From Trichosphaerium sp. ATCC 40318 (Eukaryota; Protista; Tubulinea), in assembly GCA_038496445.1 (NCBI GenBank), contig JALMLS010000270.1, forward strand, positions 1-64,000: 64,000 nucleotides of DNA, in the 5' to 3' direction. Within the stretch, counting starts at the first letter, position 1. Each line of letters begins with the position of its first letter. This document shows, piece after piece, positions 53,007 to 64,000 of the stretch. The position numbers were made by a program, and so were the translations under genes. Under the pieces are notes generated by a model. It did no database searches. It was not told the DNA's origin and worked only from the letters and a program-made list of their open reading frames with translations.

Positions 53007-54061
53007 ATGGGTTATCTTTTTGATCAGAAGTTCTTACATTCGCTTGCTAAAAAAGCTGTTGAACGCTATGGAGAGAACATGGAGCAGATCGTTGCGTACA
53101 TTGTTACCGAGCTCAATAAGAAATATCCGGGCCACATAAACAACAACCAAGGTAAGTGCGCTTTAGAATGAAGCATTTTTACGCGTTTGTACTGGTATTC
53201 TACAGACTACATCTTACTTTGCCAACCGTACTTTGGGTGATCATTTAAGACCGTTTTGGGCTTTTTCACATTGTTTTTGTGGCTGTTTCGCAAATATTTT
53301 TCTAGAGTGGATATTTAATAACGCCGGTGGCGCAATGGGTTCTATGTATGTGATTCACGCATCTTTGACAGAGTATCTTATCATTTTTGGAACAACCTGT
53401 GGTACAGAAGGACGTAAGTTGCTTTTTCACCTCATAACGCGTCAAAATACGCATAACTAAAGCTTCTACATAGATACTGGACGGTTCCCGTTTACTGACG
53501 ATTATTTTATGATTCTCAAAGGCGAACAATGGGCTCACTCAGCAGTACGTAATAGATCTAAACTTACAGAGTTTCAACCATTTCGACCAAAACAGCCGAA
53601 AAATAAGAAGCTTACGCGATTATGACGCTATCTCGACTTCTCGTCGTTTGTACGAATCTAAACACTTACTACAGGGAAAGTTCGAACGTGAAGTATACAA
53701 ACCAGGCGATTGTCATCATTTAAAACGTGGTGTATCTAAGGTAGAACCTTTTTTTGTAAAAACGTTTCTGTACTGACTTATCTGCTAGCAATATAAAATG
53801 CCAGACACTGGATGCTTTGCACTAGAGTACGCTCGCGGTAATATCCTGTCTATGATGCCTTTTGGTACGATAGACGACGCGGAAATCGGAGATTTCACTT
53901 TTTTTCAGATTTTTTTTTCGTTTTTTTTTCTTTCAGTTTATTGACCACTTACAGGTATGGCTGATGCTCTATTTGGTACCCTTGATTACTGGTCATTTTG
54001 GCAAACTGCTAGAACGTATGTTAGCTTGACAACAAAAGAATTATTGCAATGCAAAGTATGA
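53007..54061 (+). CDS. ERG2: ERG2 / sigma-1 receptor family protein
   Basis: [50 protein letters not shown] and [15 protein letters not shown] motifs. Confidence 0.92.
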
Positions 54062-54442
54062 GAAAGAAAACAAGCGAAATCTCACGTGAAGACACATTTT
54101 TTTTCGATACAAACAACCTTGAACCAATCAACTGATTTTTGTTAATAAACCCTTTACCTCAAATATAAAATTGCTTTGGTGTATACACTGAAAGTGTAAG
54201 GGTTTTGACGTTTGTACAATGTGAGGATATAGTAACAAACTGATTTTTCTTATGCACGCTCTCAACCGAATAGAATCGCTTCTTTCGAAAGAACGTTTCT
54301 AAAAAAATATTATAGAACATAACGGAGAGATAATCTCAAAAGAAATTTTCATGCTAGAACGGTTAGGGTTGTCAGACGTTAAAAAGCAACTATCTCTTTC
54401 AAACACTGTAAATTGCAAATCTATTTGTTTTTTCAGTCATCC

Positions 54443-55960
54443 TCAAGGTACAGCGGCCATGAAAGGTATGCATTGTCCTATACGACGGAGGCATGTTATC
54501 TCTACAACAGGCGGACATGTTTCATCTTCACAATCGACAACATCAAAATCAGCAGGGTCTGCACGAGAACAGCAACTACAAAATAAATCAGAAAAAATGA
54601 GTCGAAACAAAAAAATTGTCGATAGACCTGTCAGTATCGCCGAAACCATTTATTCGTCCATTAGTTATACCCATATTCTGTGTTAGGCTTTCAACAAGAA
54701 TTCTATCATCTCCTCCAGCACCATGAACAGCATTCGCAATTGTTGAGAATGGTTCTAAAGTGAAAGTAAAATCCTGTGAACAATCGTAATGTTATTTCGT
54801 ACGTATTGTCACTTCTTCTGCAATCATTACATCATCACCAGAACCGCCAAATAAATTCGTCATCAAAGAGCACCTGACATACATAATATCATCATCACCA
54901 CTACCTGAAAACAGTTAAAAAGAGTTTAGTTAAAGTAACGTCTTTACCTGAAATTGTGAGTACAGAACTGGTTTTAACATCAACGCAATCATCACCAGCT
55001 CCCGCATTAATATTTCCTGCAAATGTTGGAATGTCACCATAAGGACCAAGTTTAATACAATCGATGCCATCTTGTCCAAAGATATCCGACCTATCACATT
55101 ACATTTTGAGGCTATTGAGTATTATCATCCGTACCGTTCAGACATCCCCCCTCGCTTGGACATTTCTTGCAAATTACTTCCCTCTATTATAATATCATCA
55201 TCACCTGACGATGCCCTAATGGTTGATGCAGTCGATTGAGTCACTCTTACACAATCATCATCATTTCCTAACCAAGTCAAAATTAAATAGTTTATGTCTA
55301 CGGTGTACCTGCATTTATTAGTCCTAACACTGTCGCCTCGTCCTGTATAAGAATACAATCGTTTCCTCCTCTGGCAGTGACACTACCTACGGCTGCCGCT
55401 GAACCTCTCACAAGGATGCAATCATTGTTGTTCGTTCCAAGAATATTATTGGATATTACAGATTCTACAATCACGCAATTACCAATATCGTCCATCAGCA
55501 CTAGGAAAATTGTTAGTAAGCGTACGAATGAGTTCTTGGTAAATTATACACGTGATTAAACACGTGATAACAAAAAGGAAAAAAACCGAAGGAGCAAATT
55601 GGGGCAATAGATCAAAAACACACATAGGTTTTGGTGCTAGCATGAATTCGTTTATGCTACTGTAGATGAAATAAAAATAAAAGAAAAAAAAAACCCTAAA
55701 ATTCCACCACACAAGCGCTAAGTATAACTCACCGTCGCCATCACCGTTTGCGGTTACAGTCATACAACTATTTTCAAAATCGCAAGTACTACAAGCCATA
55801 CAATCGCAATCACATCCAGCCGCTTCAGGCAAAGGTGGTTGAGCGTGGTACATGCTTAGAACTAACAATAGAGGTTAGGTTATCATTATTTTTGAAAAAA
55901 ATTCGTATAGATACAGATTGTAATCCACAGAATACAAATCATGTTTGTTGTCCTTATCAT
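54443..55960 (-). CDS. Secreted Cys-containing protein with RTX/hemolysin-type Ca-binding-like repeats
   Basis: Hydrophobic N-terminus; repeats ARGGNDCI, AGNDDDCV, SSGDDDI, GQDGIDCI, AGAGDDCV, GSGDDDI, GGSGDDV and GAGGDDRI. Confidence 0.75.
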
Positions 55961-56502
55961 TTGCTTCAGCTGTTGTATTAGTTATATTTCTCTTTGTGGT
56001 TTAAAATCTCGGATTGACTACTGATTGTGAATCTACGAGCCGGAGTTTTTGAAGGTGGCCTATAAATAAAAAGTCATGTGAAAAAGAGAAGGAATGTTAC
56101 GCTTTTTTGTTGTTATCAAGAGATACATAGATACGATGACTTACACATGTAAATAGTTACCGCCATAATGTTGTGCATAGAGATATAGCTTGAGATGTAG
56201 TCTACGCCATTTAGTATATTGTTCATTAGTCTCTTTGAAGGTAAACACTTGTAGACTATTGTCTGTTAGGTTTAAAGACCTCTGTGCTTATTTAGGCTAC
56301 ATGAGCGGTTACAATCTCGTGAATGATCTCATGAACTATCTCATGGTAGCAGAAGGTCGCGGCGTGATATTGACGATAAAGGTTGAGAGTAAACGCGTGA
56401 ATGTGAGCAATCTGTTACACTTTAAACACTTTGATACTACCAACAATTTGTACATCGATACTGGGCTCGAGAGTTAATTGATACTAGTAGTCCTTAAGTC
56501 AT

Positions 56503-56985
56503 TCTCAAGGTACAGCGACAACTAAGTATACATTCGCATGTACGACAGGAAGCATGTTAAAACTATAACAGGTGGACATGTTTCATCTTCACAGTCGACA
56601 ACATAAACTACAAAGTAAATCAGAATTAATCAAAACAAAAAATTGTCAATATTGTCTGTCTCATTCAAGTTTACTATTATTTTCTAGAAAGAGAGCGTAG
56701 CACTTTTAGCAGATCTAGCAAGAATTAACAGTTCTTTCAAAAGGTGTAGATCTATCACAATGTGAACCATTTGCGTGATAATGCTGTCCTTCATAGTGGG
56801 GTTTTTTGATAAAAATCAGTCTGTCTCAAAACTTGCATACCAATAGACCTTAGTATCGCTACCAGTTATTAGCGCATTATTTATACCCATATTCTGAGTG
56901 TGCTTTCAACAATAATTCTATCAGCACCGTCATTACCATTGACAACATTTTGAAGTCGTTGAGTCAGGTTCTACAATAAATATAA
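56503..56985 (-). pseudogene. Truncated, degenerate paralog of the 3' exons of the RTX-like gene
   Basis: 56503-56610 matches 54441-54550 and 56880-56980 matches 54664-54770, with indels. Confidence 0.75.
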
Positions 56986-57386
56986 ACGGCATAATTGTTT
57001 GAAAACTTATTCTTGTTCAAGATACTTAGCTCGCTAAAACGCGCTTGCTGGTGTTTCACCGTCATTACAACGATACAGTATGGTTCAATATAATATTGTA
57101 TGGCAACCAAAAAAGAATCCTACGGCTGCCTCCCGTCTTATTAAACGTGCCAAAAAAAAACAAAAAAAAGAATTCCGTTTCACTATTTAAACGGTTTGTG
57201 ACCTATTCAATCGTGTGGAGCACGTAACTGGCATCACATCGTTATACAAGATGCAAAAAAGTGGTACATAGAAGCTGTTTCGATAAAGGCGCGTTCAAAT
57301 ACGTGAACATGAAGACAGGTTCATTGCCATCAAGGCAAAAAAAAATAATACAAAAACATTCGACAAGCGCAAATTTATACTTCCAT

Positions 57387-60289
57387 TTAATACATTATTT
57401 GTGAGGAATGCTTTAATAAAAACTGTAAACAAGTTGCAGCTGAACCAACAGCCTAGTGAGAAGAAAGTAAGAAGAAAGTTTATAACAATAAGAAAAAAAA
57501 AAGAAAAAAAAAGTTAGGTACCTTTGTGAAGTTTATTGGATCATCCTTTATCTTCGATGATATCATCAAAGATGGTGCAATACTAATAGATATTGCATTA
57601 AAATCCATTCTATTAACAGCCTTATGAGACTCCAACAATAGAAAGAATTTCATCAAGTTTTTCCAAGCATCTTTGTTCTCATACGGCATTGAATTATACT
57701 CCTTCTTAAAAGCTGCTATATTAGCTGCGTCACTTCCACCTTTAAAATCTACAAAATAAAATAGTTAGTACTGTGGGTAGCCTGCGTAGTTACTACAGAA
57801 ATATAATCTGTAGGTAGTGATGCAGTTTTTAAAACCCTGTCACGGTTTCTGCACTTACTTAGTGAACAGAGAGTCTTGAAACTTGATTCAGGCCATAACG
57901 AATCTGGTAGGTTTACTAAGTATAGTTTTAAAAGACCAGCTATTGTATATGCATCTTCTCCTTCATAATCAATATTTTTACCTACGAGGAAACATATCAG
58001 TTTTGTTTTCTAATATACTTTTCCGTGCCATCATCAATGAGCTCTTTGAGCATTATTATCCTCCCCTTAGCACCTGGTATACGTATCATACCCTCCAATC
58101 GTACACCGTTCTTTATTAATGCGTTACAACATCCCTGAACAGAAAACATGAGATCAGTGTAACAGTCAACCCAGAAGTACTTATGCTTATGGTTTTAATC
58201 CTACGAAACCGTACCTCTATAATGTGAGGAACACCATCATCTATAGACCTCTTTACGCTAGCTTTGAGCTTTTTTTTGAAATGAAACTGTGATTTTACTG
58301 TATTGTCACTACATAGACCAAACGTAAAAGCAATTGTGCCACTAACTTTTAATGAATTTTTTCTCCCATATTTTTTATCCGGTGATAATTTGTATTTACG
58401 CTCAATACATGACTGCCCTGAACAAGGTGTTTGTGCTAATAACTCCCTACATTATAAAAATTAGCTCAAAGACTTTTTTCACAATCCCACTGTGTACAAC
58501 AAACAATATAATTCCACTTTCATATCAAAAAACAACAAAAAACGTACTCTACTGTAAATGATACAGCCCCTTCAAAATCATCTCTACTAACCCTATCATG
58601 ATCCCATACAGATACTGTAATAACGCTATCTCTACTAACATTTCTATTGACAGATAATGAGCTTATTGAACATTGTTTAAATAGCATGGACGTACGCTAC
58701 CCACTGCAAACAAGGCCAATTAGGATTAAGTGTTTTCCAACGTATCTTTGTTTGCTTTTTAAATTTTCCAACAGAGAATTTACAATAAGGGTCTGACAAA
58801 CCATCTTCGAGGTTAAGTTAACAGTAACCTTAAATACAAAAAAAAAAGGGCAGAAAAATAACAGCGCAAGCGACGTACTTGCATCCTTTGGATAAAGGTT
58901 ACGACAACAAATATCATGGACAGTTATATACCCCTTCCATTTCTGCACATCAAGTACACCACGTGACAGAATAGGTGCCCATAGTATTGGTTTCATTAAC
59001 GCGTATCTCATGAATAACACTATATGCAAAAATAAAAGTTACAACTTTTTATGTGAGTTATCATGTGCGTTTGTACCTGGTTGATCCGTCGCTGATACAC
59101 GTATTTCATTGTACATGTCGTTATTTACACTTAATATACTCCCTGTATACACCATAATAGGTAGGATATTGCCAAACGTCTTTCTGACATGCTACAAGGA
59201 AATTTAATACACATAGTGCTAAGAAAAAATAACATTTTCTGCCATACCTTAACGAATACTAGATGAGCATCGTCATCCATTAGCTGTTTTCTGTTAGTCG
59301 CTAAGCGACAAAATGGGTTGCTTTCGAGCGTAGTTTTATTAAGTGCAAGGTATGCTACAAGTTGATGCCAATCTACAAAAGTATAAACCTTAACGCCGTG
59401 TGTTTCAAACAAGGAAATAAGCGTTCTACAAAAAAGAATAATAAGTCTACAAAAACACAAAAACGCATACGAGCTATGTATTTACACACTCTCGAAAGAG
59501 TACATTCAAAACAACACTGTTTTAAAAAAACGTAGACGCACGCATTTTCAGTAGAAGTCGGATTAGGCTCAACCCACAATAGTGTTGAATGAGAAAAAAA
59601 GCGAGTAAATCGCAAATCATCTCTCTTTTGCTCCTCGTACATGTCGTTTGCTTTTTGCGTAAGATCGATCAAACGTTTAAATCCGGTGCTGAGCGTTGCA
59701 TCGCATGTGGGAGCATAGACTAACGTTGTAACCGAGCTCATGTTGTTTTTCGCAAGTAAACTTTGAGAATCAGTAATGAAAGTCTGCTGGGAAGCCTCTG
59801 AAGCTGTGCCATCCGTTGAGACTAGTACTCGAATACGTCCTCTGTCCAGAGAAGCCAACCTTGTACGATAATTTAGTAAAGCAACACCTGATAGACATCT
59901 ACAAAAATGATACTGACGCTACGTACACTCAGATAACGCAAAGGCCGTGATCAGAGAATAGTGCGCGGTATTTTTAATTATTGACATCAAAAGCAATCAT
60001 TTACGCGCACTCACTTCGGTAGTATAGTCGTTAGACTATGTATGCTTTGTATTTCCACAACTGAAACGGATAGCTTGTTTTCAACTATGTGACCCATTAA
60101 AGGCTTGATAATATCGCTAGAATGCCCCTGCGATATTGCGATGGACAATAACTGTTCCTCATCTTGTTTTAGTTTCTCAACAACGCTATCTAAATACAAG
60201 TTACTAACGGGGACGCTATATCAAAAATACGTACCAATATCTGCGTCTTCTTGCGAATAGCTATGCATTTTTTGTAGACGACCTGCCAT
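57387..60289 (-). CDS. RhoGAP with a C2 domain and an upstream receiver-like domain
   Basis: C2: CRNLYPKDA-DGLSDPYC...KTLNPNW. RhoGAP: VPHII, EGMIRIPG (Arg finger), LLKLYLVNLP, NRMDFNAISISIAPSL. Confidence 0.82.
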
Positions 60290-60450
60290 CGCTTAGTTTA
60301 GCTCACCCAATCGTGCTTTAGCGAATACACAAATTTTACGTTTAGCGAACAAGCTTAAGTATTCTAAGGACCACAACGGTTCGTTCAAAAGTCACACTAA
60401 AGTGTGTAGCCACCGCAAGAGCATACACATCGTGGGTAGTGTAATTGATA

Positions 60451-60745
60451 AGGGCTGGAAGGTTTTTGTGACAGCAGACCGTTTGGACTGGATATGAACC
60501 GGTTTTTTCGTTTCACTCCGTAACCGGTATTATGATAATCAGCCACAACCGTATATTCTCAAAAATGCCCTCAACGGTATAATACTAATTAGCCAAAATC
60601 GGCCAGATCGGATGTGACCAGCCATAGATTTTTTACGTGACCTCATCTGGTTCTGGACATTTTGATCCAAGCTTGGAACTGACCAGGAAGGCTGTATTTG
60701 TGGTATATCCACCTAACGGTCGGATCGGTATTTCTGCCATCTCTA
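60451..60745. mobile_element. Possible degenerate hAT-type non-autonomous element
   Basis: Dense ACCG/CGGT motifs; right end reads TAGAGATGGCAG on the minus strand, left end AGGGCTGG; no target-site duplication found. Confidence 0.3.
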
Positions 60746-60906
60746 TGCGGTTTAGAGTGAAGCGACGTTCAGAGTACAGGCCAGGTTAGATTGATTTCAT
60801 TCCTAGAATGAATCTAGATTGAAATATCACGTAATTCTAAATCAATCACATCTATATCAATCTATATTAGATTGAACTGTTCTAATCATAATTTTAATAC
60901 ACCAAC

Positions 60907-61663
60907 ATGAACAACAACGCAAGCAAAGCAATAAATATCAATCGCACTTCTCCTCATATCAATTGCCCATTCACAATACACAAAACAAACACCAAACGGG
61001 AGCCACAAATGCAAAATTGTGAATGCTGTTGCGAAAAAACAAACGCGGACACGAACTGCTTATATCAATGCTATAAAGAAGTACCATCTTCAGTTGTTGA
61101 CGAGGTAACCATGTTACCAGCACCTATTGAAACTATGCCTATTGAAGGATGTCACTTTATTTCATGGGACATTCGTAACTGGTTGCATCACGACAAAGCT
61201 TGTGAACAGTATTCTATTCTGAATTCCAACGTAGAATATAAAAAAGGTAAATATCAATCATAACTTGCTCGCTTTTACTTATATAGTGGTAGATACAGGC
61301 TGTCATATATTGACTGATCATACTGATATAGAGGACGTAGATGGCCATAAATATGTTAAATTCGTTGGCGCACGTTTCAATCTACTTTATTTCGTAAAGT
61401 ACGGCAAAGAAGAAACGGCTATTTATGACAAAAACGAGAGTGGCGATTACGTATGGTGGCCTGGCGTACAACGACACTGCCTTTGTGGAACTCACTTATG
61501 CGGGCAGCTGGACTGTTTAAACTGTGGTCACATGCATTTTGAACCTCAATCAATCAACAAAGAGCGAAGGACATGCACTCAAGCTGGTAAGTGCACGGGA
61601 GATCATTATTACACCTACCCAGATGGTAGGCGCGTGAGATGCCCGGATTGCATACTAAAATAA
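60907..61663 (+). CDS. His-Cys box (His-Me finger, I-PpoI-like) endonuclease-domain protein with one short intron (61247-61286 or 61292)
   Basis: GCH...GTHLCGQLDCLNCGHMHFEPQSINKERRTC...C..DH..CPDCI matches the pattern SHLC-x4-C-x-N-x2-H-x3-E-x4-N-x2-R-x2-C; the phase-1 GT-AG intron joins the two ORFs in frame. Confidence 0.78.
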
Positions 61664-62126
61664 ATTTGTTTCACGATTACAAGGCCGTTTTGTTTCCCTC
61701 TTGTAGTTGAAAACTCCTCGCGGTTTGTAGTAAACCAAACGTAGATAGATACACTGCCTTGGTTAAATGTGACAGTTAACGCACTACCTTTACTCAAATC
61801 GCTACTACGACAGAACTCTAAGCTGAAATTAGCGTGTGGTACCGTCTTTGGCCTATCTCTTCCTTTTGGTTATTATTATTTCTTCAAAAAATGTCTCAAT
61901 AGCACTTCGTAAGCTCAATTAATAGTTCCACGATAACGCTGAGGTTACTCTTTCTCTACCAAAAGTCTCGGTTGCCATTACCGACTTCTATTCTCTACTA
62001 AGCTCCAGAGAGTATTAGTACAGTAGAGTCGAGATAAATTTTCCGCTATTTGAGTACTATTATCAGGCGAAATAAATAATTTGACTTTCATTTTTTTTCT
62101 AACATATTTCATCACTGTCTCAAAAA

Positions 62127-62797
62127 ATGCGTCACGTTGCTGCCTATTTACTTTGCGTTCTCGGAGGAAAGGAAAAACCATGTAAAGATGATGTAAAAGC
62201 TGTCATTACCGCAGCTGGTAAGATTAAACGCACAGGAAAATACTAATCTAGGCGTAAAGGAGGCGAAGCTGATGATGCTCAACTCGACAAACTGATCGCT
62301 GAACTTGGCAGCAAAAACATCGATGATGTACTCAAAGAGGGTCAAGAGGTAATATAAACGTTATTACAATATAAACGAGGCGAAAACAGAACTTTCAGTC
62401 TTATTTTTTGGGTTTTGCGTTGAATGCGTTGTATTCGCTGTTTTAGCGAAATGTGCGCTTACGCGCGACTAAAGAAGGAAACTATCCAAGTCGTGTACTA
62501 AAGGAATAATAGAAATTGAGCGCTCTTGGACCTATGTCAGGTGGTGGATCCGCCGGTGGCGCAGCCAAAACAGCAGATGCCGCTGAACCAGGTACAATTA
62601 CAGTTTTTTTTTCATGCAGTGAACCTTACCGTTTATTTCCTGCACAAAACGTATCTCCTCCTTCCACTACAATGATTTTGTACCCTTTCTTTGTTAACGA
62701 TTTAATAGAACCAGAAGAGGAGGAAGAAGAAGAATCCGAAGCCGATCTCGGCGGTGGTGGTCTCTTCGGTGGTTCCGACGATGATGACGACTGGTAA
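62127..62797 (+). CDS. RPLP2: 60S acidic ribosomal protein P2
   Basis: MRHVAAYLLCVLGGKEKP...LDKLIAELGSKNIDDVLKEG, Ala/Gly hinge and acidic tail. Confidence 0.95.
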
Positions 62798-63274
62798 ATT
62801 TTTAGATGGAGCGGTTTTTAATGCGCTTGTAAAAAAAAAACATAAAAATTACTGTAATTATCAACTTTGGTGTACATTGTGACAGTTGTTTACCACATGT
62901 GTCATTACCAGTGATGTGGAGCTATTTGGCTATGAGCCCTATATAGCCGGAGATGAGCTACTAAGCGTTTTGTTACGTGACGTAACGGTATGTGTAGATA
63001 CCGCGAAAAGTTAATCAAACGGTACAGCAGAGCGATCATTGCTTACTTTCCTAGTTTAGCGACTTTCTTGTTTTTTCGTTATGTCAGACTTTTTTTATAA
63101 ACACGAACAAGATATTCGTACAGATACTCACAGGAGTGCGGTACTTTTTTAAACCTAAAATGGACTATTGACTACAAATGACCCCGATTGTTGTGTAACG
63201 ATCGAATTCAGCCGGTGAAACTAGCAAGTGTCGAAATAATACGTTGAGAGTATTTAAGAGGGAAATTTAGAGCT

Positions 63275-64000
63275 ATGAAAGTTATCGTAGCACTAGCCTG
63301 CTTTGTTTTGCTCGCGTGCACTAACGCACAATGGCGTCTTCTTCAAAGCAGTGATACAAAGGCTCTATCCAGTGGTTCAATGGTGCAACTCGTTTTTTTA
63401 GCCTACAGTCTACTAAATAACTAACAATTGTAGACGCTGTTCCTTGAGAACAATTACGATATAGATTTGGCATTACTTATGGGCAATGACGGTACGAGCG
63501 TTATAGATAGCTCTGGTCTTGTTATTCTAGCAGATGACAACGGTACGGCAATAAAGAGTTCATTGAGTGCTTAATCGGCAACAATCAACAAACAGCTTTT
63601 TAACGCTACCAGGAACTATTAAATTCTCACAAACAACACCTCACAACCTTGCCTCCAGTTCTCCAATGCAAGACCATGTAGCAACTATGCACCCTGGCGC
63701 AAGTACGTATCAATCATTTACATCAATACTCTTTGCAACAATACGTATTGTTTTTTACGTAAAAAACGTTTATCGCTCGAAAAGGCGACTTCAAAGTCCA
63801 AAATTAATTAAGAGTGTTACGTAATGATCATCACTAATATACCCCTTCAGATCAACCTGTTTTTTCGAATAACATCCCTGTAAATAAGACTGGATTGGTG
63901 ACAGTCTTCGGTTATGATGGAACAGATTATATAGCTTCGCCACTCGTATTACTTCGTAATAGTTCAGGTACTAGCTTTCAAAAATGATTGACATGTTGAT
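63275..64000 (+). CDS. Secreted protein, 5' part only
   Basis: Signal peptide MKVIVALACFVLLACTNA followed by short GT-AG exons; phases not fully resolved. Confidence 0.5.

Noticed and set aside
60400-62100. Group I intron or rRNA around the endonuclease
   Set aside because: I could not recognise rRNA sequence or conserved P/Q/R/S elements; an Infernal search would settle it.
62880-63000. Possible snoRNA or hairpin RNA after RPLP2
   Set aside because: Only a short stem and no convincing C/D or H/ACA boxes.
217-63824. Many short ORFs in the supplied track
   Set aside because: Most are antisense shadows or exon-plus-intron read-throughs of the spliced genes.

Overview
AT-rich, intron-dense eukaryotic nuclear DNA, most likely from a free-living amoebozoan-type protist (inferred from a C2-arrestin protein, twinfilin, the WASH complex and U12-type introns). 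The ORF track fragments the genes, so I rebuilt them by hand from splice sites. The first 19.3 kb is a near-perfect inverted duplication: arms 1-7755 and 11522-19270 around a 3.8 kb spacer. It carries partial APC5, twinfilin and an intronless F-box-MORN / F-box-LRR pair, and may be a fold-back assembly chimera. Single-copy genes follow: full APC5, a three-exon metallothionein-like gene, a bacterial-like secreted protein, C2-arrestin, two atypical Rab-like paralogs, an HRDC-F-box protein, HDAC8-like, NDUFAF4-like, WASHC4, EXOC8, an ERG2/sigma-1 protein, an RTX-like GGxGDD repeat protein, a receiver-like/C2/RhoGAP protein, a His-Cys box endonuclease and RPLP2. Best leads: (1) the intact, intron-containing His-Cys box endonuclease outside any rDNA group I intron, next to repeat clusters; (2) the metallothionein-like gene with three tandem dyads in its promoter; (3) non-prenylated Rab paralogs with an altered P-loop and divergent switch regions; (4) AT-AC and GT-AG minor introns. 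All family assignments come from motif recognition, not database searches.
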